Positions 11,512-21,959 of a stretch of DNA of 64,000 nt are shown here, one piece after another. The position numbers were made by a program, and so were the translations under genes. Every line of letters begins with the position of its first letter. The stretch's first letter is position 1. This stretch comes from an uncultured delta proteobacterium (lineage in GTDB: Bacteria; Desulfobacterota; BSN033; UBA1163): positions 416,001 through 480,000 of the forward strand of contig CAVPSJ010000004.1 of assembly GCA_963708295.1 (NCBI GenBank). Direction: 5' to 3'. The notes beneath the pieces are model-generated. The model saw only the letters and a list, made by a program, of their open reading frames with translations. It did not search any database and was not told the DNA's origin.

Positions 11512-11913
11512 CTACCCGGCCGGGCCGGTTTCGTCGAATCCGGGCCGAATAAACGACCTTGCGTTGGGGAATGTCTGCTCGACAACCTGCCTCACACCGT
11601 CTATCGCCCATTCCTTCGCACCCTCCCTCAGCAACTCCAGAGCATCCCCCAGGATTCCCGATAATTTTTTCCAGAATGCCTCATTCCTAATATCCCGCGT
11701 TTCGGGATCCGAAAATTCCTCCTCCGAAACGGAGAAATTTAAGCGGCGTGAGGTCTGCGGACAACGTTCACACCATCGATCACAATAATTATAAATTCCT
11801 GCGATGAATCGCTCGTCCGAAGCAAGTTTTTTGAGCCGATCCCGATTCATAATATATTCCTCTGACTCGAAACGGCTCTGTTGAATGTTCAGATCTGAGT
11901 CTTCAACGGTCAT
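11512..11913 (-). pseudogene. Cys-motif hypothetical protein (YNYCDRWCERC), probably internally deleted
   Basis: N-terminal GIYNYCDRWCERC motif joined closely to a C-terminal FPNARSFIRPGFDE motif; homologs as I recall them are about twice as long. Confidence 0.45.
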
Positions 11914-12013
11914 AAAATTTTAACCTAAGGATCCGGTCGGGTAACACTAACCGGTATATTATACATCATTATTTGGCAGAAAATGCTATAAAATTCGTAC
12001 TATTAAGAACTAC

Positions 12014-12069
12014 TTGACAAATGGCAATTGCTGTTGTAATATTTTTACAACGTTGTAATAATTTTACAA
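12014..12069 (+). promoter_or_regulatory. Sigma70 promoter overlapped by two tandem palindromic operators
   Basis: TTGACA (12014-19), 17 bp, TAATAT (12037-42); TTGTAA-N5-TTACAA at 12034-12050 and 12053-12069. Confidence 0.8.
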
Positions 12070-12089
12070 TGCCCAGAGGGGGTGCTGAA

Positions 12090-12470
12090 ATGGGTGTCTT
12101 ATTTGGCGATTATTTTAAAAAGAAACGTTTGGAAATGCAAAAGACTTTAAGGCAATTCTGTCTCGAAAACGGATTGGACCCCGGAAATATCAGCAAGCTG
12201 GAGAGGGGGATTTTACCGCCGCCTGCTTCGAGCGCAAAGTTGGCACATTATGCAAAGTGTCTCAATATCAAGGAAGGGACCGATGATTGGTTAGAGTTTT
12301 TTGATATAGCCAGGGCTGAGGCAGGGCGTATTCCTGATGAAATCCTCGCAAACAAAGAACTCGTTTCCAGGCTGCCGCTGGTTTTCAGAACCCTCAAGGG
12401 GCAAAAACTGAATGAAGAACAATTAGAGAAATTAGCCCGCGAACTGGAAAAGCTCGATGCAGCAGAATAA
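12090..12470 (+). CDS. XRE-family HTH transcriptional regulator
   Basis: FGDYFKKKRLE..TLRQFC..GLDPGNISKLERG; purine-rich SD (GAGGGGG) before ATG 12090. Confidence 0.85.
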   Translation: MGVLFGDYFKKKRLEMQKTLRQFCLENGLDPGNISKLERGILPPPASSAKLAHYAKCLNIKEGTDDWLEFFDIARAEAGRIPDEILANKELVSRLPLVFRTLKGQKLNEEQLEKLARELEKLDAAE

Positions 12471-13104
12471 TATCATTGCCCCAGTTCTATCCTATGAGGA
12501 TATCAACAATCGTGCTGAAGAGTTCTTACGAGAACATAAACGAAACGATACCCTCCCTGTAGACATAGAAACAATAGTGGAATTTGATCTCGGGCTGAAT
12601 ATCTTCCCTTTTCCCAATCTTCAAGAGACTTTTGATATCGAAGGGTTTATCTCCGGCGACCTGACTGTGATTTACGTGGATGAGTTTATATATAATCATC
12701 GGTTATCAAGGTATCGTTTTACTCTGGCTCACGAGGTGGGTCATGTCGTGTTTCATTCAGATTTAATTTCGTCCATCCACCCCCAAAGCGTTTCGGAGTG
12801 GAATAAATTTATTCTGAGCATTGATGAAGATGCTTATGGTTGGCTCGAATGGCAGGCTTATATTTTCGCGGCAGCTGTCCTTGTCCCCCGTTCTACCTTG
12901 AAACAACACTTCTCTCATGAAATCAAATTACTTCAGCCCAAAATAAATTATACCCTTTCACAAGGGCTCTCTATCGAATCTTCGCAAGACTATATTGTAA
13001 ACGCAATTGCAGCAAAACTTATCGGAATATATGACGTATCAGCGGATGTGCTTACCAGGAGAATTTCAAAGGAGATTGAAAAAGGTCATCTTTCCTTTAA
13101 GTAA
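12457..13104 (+). CDS. ImmA/IrrE family metallo-endopeptidase
   Basis: RYRFTLAHEVGH (HExxH), EWQAYIFAAAVLVP, LPVDIETI; overlaps the XRE gene. Confidence 0.9.
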   Translation: MQQNNIIAPVLSYEDINNRAEEFLREHKRNDTLPVDIETIVEFDLGLNIFPFPNLQETFDIEGFISGDLTVIYVDEFIYNHRLSRYRFTLAHEVGHVVFHSDLISSIHPQSVSEWNKFILSIDEDAYGWLEWQAYIFAAAVLVPRSTLKQHFSHEIKLLQPKINYTLSQGLSIESSQDYIVNAIAAKLIGIYDVSADVLTRRISKEIEKGHLSFK

Positions 13105-13125
13105 GAAATTAAGGAAGTTTTGGGT

Positions 13126-13221
13126 ATGTCAAAAGATGCGCGTGGGATGCGCGGCTATCGCAGCCGTAATGAGGACGGTCAACTCCGTCAGAAGCGTGGA
13201 GAATCAAAGCCTATTTTCTAG
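13126..13221 (+). pseudogene. Small basic ORF (31 aa), probably truncated
   Basis: AAGGA SD; MSKDARGMRGYRSRNEDGQLRQKRGESKPIF*; directly follows the peptidase. Confidence 0.5.
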
Positions 13222-13527
13222 CGGCTAATTGGCCGGCAAAATCGAAGATATCAAAAAAATAGCTGATTGTCAATGAAAAATTATACGAAAATATATAAAA
13301 TCGCTAAGACTAAGAATAGATGTAAATCACGATAACATTAAGGAATTAAAGGGAAAGGAGTGGGATCAATCTATTATTCTTTACCAACGAAATCATTGAA
13401 CGCCTCAACCAGCCTCACCTATCAATTGCTCTACAGCCACTTACCAACATCCCGCAGAACGTATCCTCCCACGCCATGGCTTCCGGGACTACCGAGGACG
13501 GGTAGCGCAAGACCTCAGGCGAAAGAC

Positions 13528-13558
13528 AAAAAGCCCATTCCTTTTGAGAATAGGCTTT
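13528..13558 (-). terminator. Intrinsic terminator-like hairpin
   Basis: Minus strand AAAGCCTATTC-TCAAAAG-GAATGGGCTTT then T-run. Confidence 0.5.
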
Positions 13559-13817
13559 GACTTAAACGAATTTTTCCTGAGGGACCATCCCTCATCCCGC
13601 CCTCTCCCCGCGAATGGGATCTTCGACCCACAAGGGAGACGGATAAATAAGGAATTCAAGGATGTTCTAATCTATCAAAAATAGAATAAAGCATCAATTA
13701 TCTTTTGGTTTTCGGGGTGGGGAATACGGATTTATTCTCTGTGATTACACAAACACCTTCCATCGTTCTACATCTTCATCTCGAAAGAGACTCTTGATTC
13801 GCCTTACGAGGGCTTCT

Positions 13818-14012
13818 CTACCGGGATCGCGAAGATGGACTGCCTGACTGCTTCGCGGAGGGTCTGGTTCGGATCAAACGTCCGTGCTCATAAATGACTA
13901 AGGGAGTATGTGTCCTCTCTGCAATTTTCCTGGCCCGTCTCGCAGCTCGCCGCAGGGCAGTACCAACCTTGGATAAGTCTTCGTCAAGTACTATTTTCTT
14001 GGTTGCTTTCAT
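13818..14012 (-). CDS. Small basic protein resembling antitoxin partners of zeta-toxin-like ATPases
   Basis: DLSKVGTALRRAARRARKIAERTHTPLVIYEHG; ATGA overlap with an upstream stub VLLEAGEK*. Confidence 0.55.
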   Translation of the reverse strand: MKATKKIVLDEDLSKVGTALRRAARRARKIAERTHTPLVIYEHGRLIRTRPSAKQSGSPSSRSR

Positions 14013-14085
14013 TTTTCTCCCGCTTCCAGCAGTACCAAATATTACATTCTAAGGAGCCCATATTAAAGAAAACATAGCCCTTTGA

Positions 14086-14180
14086 AAATCTCCCCTAACC
14101 CCTCTTTGCCTGCCTGAAGACAGGAAACGGATACCAAAGAGGGGAATTCCTCCCCTCTGAAAGGGAGCACAGGTAGGATC
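14086..14180. repeat. CCCCTCTTT/AAAGAGGGG REP-like element with nested insert
   Basis: Same family as 53214-53287 but with GCCTGCCTGAAGACAGGAAACGGATA in the first loop. Confidence 0.7.
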
Positions 14181-14249
14181 TATCTTCGACTGTCTAGACA
14201 ATTATGGCCGACTCGTTATTTTACTCCAGGATCGATCGTTGTTTTATCT

Positions 14250-15746
14250 TCAAATTTCGATGATGTTGAATTGGTCCTGGTGGAATCCGGCTTTGCCCTT
14301 GATGACGATCTTTTTCCTCAGTTTTCTCTCCAGCTCCTCCACGCCGGCTCTCTCCTCCTCATAAAGAAGGTCGGCGATCTCCGGATTGGCTTCGACCATG
14401 ATGTTATGGCCTCCCAATTCCGTAGAAGTTCTTTCGATCTCCCGGAAGATGTCGTAGCAGACCGTCGTCTTCGACTTCACCAGCCCCGCTCCCTCACAAT
14501 AGGGACAGGGCTCGCCGAGGATCCTGGAGATGTTTTCCCGCGTTCGTTTCCGGGTCATCTCCACCAGACCCAGTTCTGAGATTTTGAAGATATTCGTCTT
14601 CTGACGATCTTTCTTCAGATGGCTTCTTCGAAGGCCTGATAAACCTTTTCCCGATCCCCTTCCCTCTCCATATCGATAAAGTCGATGATGATAATCCCTC
14701 CGATATTCCGAACCTCAACTGGTAGGCAATCTCCTTGGCTGCCTCCAGGTTGGTTTTGAGGATCGTATCCGCTAAATTCCTCTTTCCCACGTATCTTCCT
14801 GTATTCACGTCGATGGCAACCAGGGCTTCGCTCATATCGATGACGATATACCCACCGGATTTCAGCCAGACCTTGCTGCCCAGGATTTTATCAATCTCCA
14901 TCTCGATCCCGTAGGCATCGAAGATGGGCTCCTTTTTCTCGTAGAGGACCATCTCATATTTTTGCTTCGGCATATAGGTGTTGATGAAGGAGAGGATGTT
15001 GTCATATTCTTCTTTAGAATCGATGACGATTCGGTTGACCTGGGGGGAGAGGATATCACGGATGACCCGGAGGACCATGGTCAGGTCGCTGTGGATCAGC
15101 GAAGGGGCTGCGGAATTTTCTTTTTTCTTCTGAATATTGTTCCAGAGATGAAGGAGAAATTCCATATCCGTTCGAATCTCATCCGCCTCCGCCCCTTCAC
15201 TGGCTGTCCGGACGATGAAACCCGCCGGAGGGAGGTTTGACCGATTGGACGATCTCCCTCAACCTCTTTCGCTCCTTTTCATCCTTGATCCTTCTCGAAA
15301 CCCCGATATGATCCACCAGGGGCATATAGACAAGATATCTGCCGGGCAACGTCGATGTGAGAGGTGATTCGGGTCCCCTTGGTGCCGAGGGGTTCCTTGG
15401 AGACCTGAACCAATATCTCCTGGCCTTCGGAGAGGAGGTCTTCAATCTGTGAGGAAGGGCTGTTGAAATAGGTGGGCATCTCTTCCCCGTGAATGCCCAT
15501 CTCCTCATAATCTTCGATCCCCCCGTGAACATCCGCGACATAGAGGAAAGCGGCTTTTTCCAGCCCGATGTCAACAAAGGCGGCCTGCATCCCGGGCAAG
15601 ACCTTGACGACTTTCCCCTTGTAGATGTTCCCCATGATCCCTCGATCCTTCGTGCGCTCAATATAAAGTTCGGCAAGGACCCGATCCTCCAACAGGGCAA
15701 CCCTTGTCTCCTGCTGCGTCACGTTAATGATGAGCTCATTCGCCAT
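14250..15746 (-). CDS. rng: Ribonuclease G (Rne/Rng family), several apparent frameshifts
   Basis: GNIYKGKVVKVLPGMQAAFVDIG, QVSKEPLGTKGTR, KVWLKSGGY, IDVNTG, TNLEAA, EMTRKR..CPYCEG, distributed over different frames. Confidence 0.92.
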
Positions 15747-15762
15747 AACCTGCTCCTCAGAA

Positions 15763-15919
15763 GAGTACCGGAGTATTGGAGTACTGGAATAATGGAGTAA
15801 TGGAACGATGCATCAACTAAGTGCTTCAATGAGCAATAACCAATTTCCAATTCTCAATGATCATTGACTACTGACCATTGCGAATTGATCATTGAATAGC
15901 CCAATACTCCAGTGCTCCA
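15763..15919. repeat. GGAGTANT octamer-type repeat with inverted arm
   Basis: ggagtattggagtactggaataatggagtaatgg...ccaatactccagtgctcca; a related arm lies at 11061-11087. Confidence 0.7.
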
Positions 15920-18423
15920 TCATTCCAATTTGATGACTTTACATTGAGCCAGAGGCTCCCGGTCCAGCCCGAGTACGGCCCCAACAATCTCAGTGGGTTT
16001 TGCTGTTCTTCCCGTTGCCTTTCGAAGAACCAGTTCGACCCCCCATTGAGAGGCGTCGCCCGGGCACCCTTTTTTCTCCTTCACTTCCATCTTTTCGATC
16101 AAGGGGCGAATGTCCACACTCCTCTTCTTTCCGTCCCTTTCCTGATGGATGAAGAACTCTTTCTCATCCAACGCCTTTTTGATCTTGGGGAGAGCCTCCT
16201 CTTTTGAAAGGAAATGATCCAAAGGTATCCAGTAGACGGACGGATGGGATAACGAGGACAGATGGAAAAAGCGCGGGACCTCCTCGGCGTCCAGGATCTC
16301 AACCCCCGGCGGCAAAGTTTCATTCAGCCTTTCAAGGACGTCACGAGGCGTGACTTTCCCATCACACTCGATATCGACGATCTCGGTCAGGCTCTCCATT
16401 CCAACCGGAAGGGCCGTCGCAAAGATGATCCTGGGCATCGGATGAAATCCCTCGGAATAACAGAGAGGAAGATCGGCCCTCTTGGAGGCGCGGTAGAAGA
16501 GATGGGCAAGTTCCAGATGGCTCAGAAACCGCATGTCTCCGACTTTTTTGAATTTCAGCCGGATCTTCTTTTTCATCCCTTTTTTTTGGCTCTCTTTCTT
16601 GACGATTCTCCCCGGGATCTTCACTTCTGCCGGGTCGCCTTCCTTTACTCGTGATGGTCTTTCCATTACAGACTCCGCATCGACGACAATTCTCTTTCAC
16701 AGGCAAGGAGGGCTGATTTCTCTCTTGAAGGCCTCTCTGGTACTCCTCCCAGAGAAATTGAGCATTCATCCCTGTGTCGATAAAGGACCATGGAGAGGAT
16801 CTGCTCGAACTCTTTTCCTCTGGGTATGGAGGTCCATCTTCAGTCCTGCCGTCTCAAAGGCCTCTTTCCACACGGGGAAACGGAATTGATCACTCCACCC
16901 ATCGAAGCGACATCCCAGCCGATGGGCTTCGACCAAAACCCGGGAAAGACTTCGATCGCCCGTTGAAAAGATTCCCTCAAGAAACTGAGATGGGGATCCT
17001 GCCATTTAAGGCGAAGACGGTTCCTTTTAACCTCCATCCTTCAGGAAACGGAGTTTCTCCTTCATCTCCTCCAAAGGGATTTGGGATTCCCACTGGAAAG
17101 GGGTATGGGGTTTGGGAACAAAGGTGGAGACACTGACATTGATATTGGGATGGACCTTCTGCCTCTCTCCGAGGGAAGCAATCTTTCTCGGACAGATCGA
17201 TGATCCCTCTTAAGTCTTCCTCTTTTTCCGTTGGAAGTCCCATCATGAAATAGAGTTTGATGTTCTTCCAGCCTTTTGAAAAGAGATCCGACAGACCCTG
17301 GAAAAGGACCCCTTCATCCAGCTCCTTATTGATCACCTTTCGAAGCCGTTCGGTTCCAGCCTCCGGGGCAATGGTGAATCCGGTTTTTCTGACCCGCTTC
17401 ACCTCCTCCGCCAGACGTCCCACCACACTCTCAATCCTCAAAGAGGGAAAAGAGACAGCCACCCTCTTCGATTCAAATCGATCCATGAGACCGGAGAGGA
17501 GAGGCCCGATGGAGGAGTAATCCCCCGCGCTGAGAGAGAGGAGGGAGATCTCTTCGTAGCCCGTTCCTTCGAGCGAAGCATCGAGAATCTCATGAATCAC
17601 CCCTGGGTCTCTCTCCCGGTACGGCCGGTGGATGAATCCTGCCTCACAGAAACGGCATCCTCTTTTGCAGCCCCTTGCAATCTCAACATTGAGACGGTCA
17701 TGAACCACCTTCATGTAAGGGACAATCGGACAGGTGGGGAAAGAAGGCTTGGCTCAGGTCAGAAACGATTCTTTTCCGAACTTTTTGCCCCTCTGTGTGT
17801 AAACTGGGGACATAGACCCCTTCCAGTTGGAGAAAGGGATTTCAAAAGATCCTCTTTCTTTCGCCCCGGCCTCTTTCCATTGAAGCGCCGAGATCGCAGA
17901 TCTCCAAGAACCACCTCTTCGCCGTCTCCGATGACGATGGCATCGAAAAAATCGGCCACCGGCGCCGGATTGAAGGCTGAAGGGCCTCCGGCGATGATCA
18001 GAGGAAACCGATCATCCCTGTCCTTTGAGAAGAGCGGAATACGGGAGAGATCGAGCATATTGAGGACATTGGTGAAGCAGAGTTCGTACTGAAGAGGAGA
18101 AACCCACGATATCGAATTGATTAAGAGGTGTGGAGGATTCGAGAGAGGAGAGAGGAATCCTTTTCTCCCTTAAGACCTTCTCCATATCGACCCAGGGAGC
18201 AAAGGCCCTTTCGCAGGCAACCCCCTTTTTTCCGTTCAGGATGATGATAGAGAATCTGAATTCCGAGGTGGGACATTCCCACTTCATAGACATCCGGAAA
18301 AGCAAGACAGAATTTCAGCTTGACCTCGGCAGGATCTTTTCTGATCGAATGGATCTCTTGACCAAGATACCTGACAGGTTTTGAAACAAGGGAAAGAAAC
18401 TCTTTCAATCCGTCACCATCCAT
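15920..18423 (-). CDS. TIGR03960-like B12-binding radical SAM protein, probably fused to a TIGR03936/DUF2344-like domain; multiple apparent frameshifts
   Basis: KPVRYLGQE, AFPDVYEVGMSHLG, EIARGCKRGCRFC (CxxxCxxC), TIAPEAGTERLR, GCRFDGWS, CRRCGVC, then RFLSHLE..YSEGFHPMPRI; upstream of rng as is typical. Confidence 0.85.
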
Positions 18424-18664
18424 TCAAATCCCCCCATCCCCCCTTTTCCAGGGGGGTGGGGGGGATTCATTTAGTCAAAGGAGTGGAATGAGTTAAAGTA
18501 GGAAATGAGGGAAACCCCCTACATCATAGCCCATTTATCTTATTAAAAATACTATAATATCCTCCACCTGTCAATTTTGTATCAGCCCGGCGTCAGCGGA
18601 GATGAGAAGCCGTGGCAGGAATGGGCAAATAGGAATGACAACGTCGGCAGATAGGAATTTATCA

Positions 18665-18693
18665 TTGACAGAGAAAAATCAGCTTGCTACATT
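18665..18693 (+). promoter_or_regulatory. Sigma70-like promoter of the proline dehydrogenase gene
   Basis: TTGACA-17 bp-TACATT with extended TG. Confidence 0.5.
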
Positions 18694-18727
18694 TTTTAAG
18701 TCACCTCTTCTATGAAGACGAGTCTAA

Positions 18728-19633
18728 ATGAACCTGGTGAATCGGCTTATACTATCGTTCATCCAGCTTCTTCCGAAACTTCTGGTGAAGCGGTTTGCCA
18801 TGCGCTACATCGCGGGAGAAGGACTCGATGACGCCGTCCGTGTTGTAAAAAGCATCCATTCGAAACAGATGATGGCAACGATGGATGTCTTGGGCGAAAA
18901 TGTCTCGACACGGGAAGAATCCCTGGGGGCCGTCAGGGAGTGTGAAGTAGTTCTCCATTCGATCAATAGTTATCATCTCGACGCAAATCTCTCGATTAAG
19001 TTGACTCAATTCGGGCTCAAGATCGACCAGGAATTCTGCCATTCAAATGTCAAGCGTTTGCTCGAGATCGCCTCGGGGTACGGTAACTTTGTAAGGATCG
19101 ATATGGAAGACTCAACGACGACAAACCAAACCTTGGAATTGTACGGAAGGCTGCGCTCCGAGGGGTTTCAAAACGTAGGACTGGTCATCCAGGCAAACAT
19201 GCGGCGAAGTGAGGAGGATGTCCGGAGACTTGTCTCAATGAAGGCAAATATTAGGCTTTGCAAAGGGGCTTACGTCGAGCCGGAAGCGATCGCTTTGAAA
19301 GGAAAAGAGGAAATCCGTCTGAATTATCTAAAGCTCTTGAAAATCCTTCTCCGAGCAAAGTGCTATGTCGGCATCGCAACCCATGACGATTTCCTGATCA
19401 GCGAGGCCTATCAAGCAATTCAGGAGTTGAATCTCGAAAAATCCGCCTATGAATTTCAGATGCTGCACGGCGTGAGGATGAAACTCCGAAACAAGATCGT
19501 CGCGGACGGGCACCGGCTACGTGTCTACGTTCCCTTTGGGCGATGCTGGTATGCCTACTCCATTCGGCGATTCAAGGAAAATCCTCAGATGGTTCGCTAT
19601 ATCATCCAGGCCTTCTTTTTTCCGGGAGAGTAA
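18728..19633 (+). CDS. Monofunctional proline dehydrogenase
   Basis: RYIAGE, SIKLTQFG, RIDMED, IRLCKGAY, IATHD, EFQMLHG, RVYVPFG, RRFKENP. Confidence 0.93.
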   Translation: MNLVNRLILSFIQLLPKLLVKRFAMRYIAGEGLDDAVRVVKSIHSKQMMATMDVLGENVSTREESLGAVRECEVVLHSINSYHLDANLSIKLTQFGLKIDQEFCHSNVKRLLEIASGYGNFVRIDMEDSTTTNQTLELYGRLRSEGFQNVGLVIQANMRRSEEDVRRLVSMKANIRLCKGAYVEPEAIALKGKEEIRLNYLKLLKILLRAKCYVGIATHDDFLISEAYQAIQELNLEKSAYEFQMLHGVRMKLRNKIVADGHRLRVYVPFGRCWYAYSIRRFKENPQMVRYIIQAFFFPGE

Positions 19634-19720
19634 GTTGTGAAGTTTCCCGTCGATACGGCGCCTGCTTCATGAATATCGTTTCAGGAAGACCTGAGACCAG
19701 CATCCCGCGGAAAGGAGATT

Positions 19721-20932
19721 GTGGAGATGAAGCTTTGGCAAGAAATTGAGGCCGCACAGAATCAGATTCAAAAGATCATCCTCCGGACCCCGATGATCTA
19801 TTCAGATACCTTCTCAAAGCTGACCGGGAAAGAAGTCTTTCTGAAACTGGAAAATCTCCAGAAGACGGGCTCTTTCAAAATCAGAGGGGCTTACTATAAA
19901 TTGTCCCAGCTCACCCCTTCGATGAAAAAAAGGGGAGTGGTGGCTGCGTCCGCAGGCAACCACGCTCAAGGGGTTGCACTGGCTTCTTCCATCTTAGGAA
20001 TTCATTCGACCATCGTCATGCCCGAAGGAGTTCCTCTTGCCAAACAGATGGCCACGCAGGCCTATGGCGGAGAGATTATCCTTTTTGGTCAAAATACAGA
20101 TGAGGCGCTCCGTTATGCCAAGAAGCTAACGGGGAGGGGTAAATTCCTTATCCACCCATTTGACGATGAGCAGGTGATCGCCGGCCAGGGGACCATCGGG
20201 CTCGAAATTCTGGAGGAAGTCCCCGGAGTGGAGGCGATCGTCGTTCCCGTCGGAGGCGGAGGGTTGATTTCAGGAATTGCCGCAATTGTAAGAAAAAGAA
20301 AACCCGATGTGAAAATGATCGGCGTTCAGTCGACTCATGCCCCTTCTGCTTATTATTCCCTGAAGAGAAAAAAGATAGTGGAGGTGAAGGCAAAGCCCAC
20401 CCTGGCCGATGGAATTGCTATTCAAAGGGTCGGAGAAATCACCTTCCCGATGATCCAAAAGGGGGTGGATGAAATCGTCACCGTTGAGGAGGATAAGATC
20501 GCCTCAGCGATCCTCTTATTGATGGAGCGAAAACGCATCGTGGCAGAGGGAGCAGGGGCCGCTCCGCTGGCTGCGCTACTGTCGAACCGTTGGAAGACCC
20601 GGTTGAAAAAGATCGTCCTGGTCATCAGCGGAGGCAATATTGATTTTCACCTTCTCGACCGAATCATCGAGAAAGGCCTCGCACAAACAGGAAGGCTCGT
20701 CCGGATGAGTATCCTTCTAAGAGATGTTCCGGGGGCTTTGTCCACGCTCACGGATTTGGTCGCCCAGCATCGTGCCAACATTCTTCATATCATCCACGAG
20801 AGAGCAGCCAAGGAGATCCCCATCGGCTTCTCAAAAGTGATCCTGGTTTTGGAAACGCGCGGGTCAGGCCACATCCGGGAGATTAAGAAAGGGGTCAAAG
20901 CGAAGGGATACTTTGTCCAGATATTAAGCTGA
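19721..20932 (+). CDS. ilvA: Threonine ammonia-lyase with C-terminal ACT domain
   Basis: KLENLQKTGSFKIRGA, ASAGNHAQG, PVGGGGLISG, SGGNID. Confidence 0.93.
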   Translation: MEMKLWQEIEAAQNQIQKIILRTPMIYSDTFSKLTGKEVFLKLENLQKTGSFKIRGAYYKLSQLTPSMKKRGVVAASAGNHAQGVALASSILGIHSTIVMPEGVPLAKQMATQAYGGEIILFGQNTDEALRYAKKLTGRGKFLIHPFDDEQVIAGQGTIGLEILEEVPGVEAIVVPVGGGGLISGIAAIVRKRKPDVKMIGVQSTHAPSAYYSLKRKKIVEVKAKPTLADGIAIQRVGEITFPMIQKGVDEIVTVEEDKIASAILLLMERKRIVAEGAGAAPLAALLSNRWKTRLKKIVLVISGGNIDFHLLDRIIEKGLAQTGRLVRMSILLRDVPGALSTLTDLVAQHRANILHIIHERAAKEIPIGFSKVILVLETRGSGHIREIKKGVKAKGYFVQILS

Positions 20933-21029
20933 GAAGGATGAGCAGATGGGTTGGAGCCGTTTCTCTCCTGTTTACAAATGATCTTTTTAAGTGTAGGATG
21001 ATGGTAGATCGAGAATAGAGGAGTGATGC

Positions 21030-21956
21030 ATGCCTGAAGGAGAACATACCCTAGCGGTCTTCATCGATTTTGAGAATCTTGCCCTTGGTTTCAAAGGTAA
21101 GAGGGATAGGCGATTTGAGATTCAGAAGGTTTTAGAGCGCCTGGTGGAGAAAGGGAAGCTGATTGTGAAGAAGGCCTATGCCGACTGGACCGATTATGCC
21201 GAGTATAAAAAGGGTCTTCATGAGGCGGCCATTGAACTGATTGAGATCCCGAAACGCGCGATGACCGGAAAGAATTCGGCAGACATCCGGCTCTGTGTCG
21301 ACGCGATCGATCTCTGTTATTCAAAAGAACATATCGACACCTTTGTCGTTGTTTCGGGCGACAGCGACTTCTCCCCCCTCGTCTCTAAGTTGAAGGAGAA
21401 CGGCAAGCGGGTGATCGGGCTCGGGATGAAAGAATCGAGTTCCAACCTTTTGGTCAATAACTGCGACGAGTTTATCTACTATGAAGACCTGGAACGGCCC
21501 CTGGGCATTCCCCCAAAGATCGAGCAAGATCTTCCTGAGAAGAAGAAAGAGGCCTTTCAACTCCTGGTGGATTCGGTCGTGGCCCTCGTCCGCGAGAATA
21601 AGGAAGTGCTCTGGTCCTCCATGGTAAAAGAGACGATGAAGCGAAAGAAGCCCTCATTCAATGAATCCTATCATGGCTACCGCACCTTCAGTGACCTCCT
21701 GGAAGATGCTGAAAAAGCAGGTATCATTCAGCTCAGAACCGATACCCGGAGCGGGACCTATGTGATCGTCGGCTTCGGGAAGGATCAGAAAAAGGAGGCG
21801 GCAGAAGAAACGAAGGAGCCAAAAGAGCAGAAGGAGCGGAAAGCCTCCAAGCCTCGCTGGCGCTCACGCCCAAGGAAGCCAAGACCGAAGATGCCTTCAC
21901 CTCCCGCTGAGCCTGTTGAGGTTCCTCATGTCTCGGAAACAGAACCGATCGTTTAA
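21030..21956 (+). CDS. NYN (LabA/DUF88) domain protein with LOTUS/OST-HTH domain
   Basis: FIDFEN, GKNSADI, VSGDSDFSPL, FNESYHGYRTFSDLL. Confidence 0.9.
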   Translation: MPEGEHTLAVFIDFENLALGFKGKRDRRFEIQKVLERLVEKGKLIVKKAYADWTDYAEYKKGLHEAAIELIEIPKRAMTGKNSADIRLCVDAIDLCYSKEHIDTFVVVSGDSDFSPLVSKLKENGKRVIGLGMKESSSNLLVNNCDEFIYYEDLERPLGIPPKIEQDLPEKKKEAFQLLVDSVVALVRENKEVLWSSMVKETMKRKKPSFNESYHGYRTFSDLLEDAEKAGIIQLRTDTRSGTYVIVGFGKDQKKEAAEETKEPKEQKERKASKPRWRSRPRKPRPKMPSPPAEPVEVPHVSETEPIV

Positions 21957-21959
21957 TGT

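Noticed and set aside
13204-13560. 12-bp inverted repeat TCAAAGCCTATT as MITE ends
   Set aside because: The interrupted ORF does not visibly resume after it, there is no target duplication, and a match of this length can arise by chance.
14250-18423. Programmed frameshifting or pseudogenisation of rng and the radical SAM gene
   Set aside because: Multiple scattered indels without consistent slippery sites, and the same pattern in essential obgE, point to sequence error.
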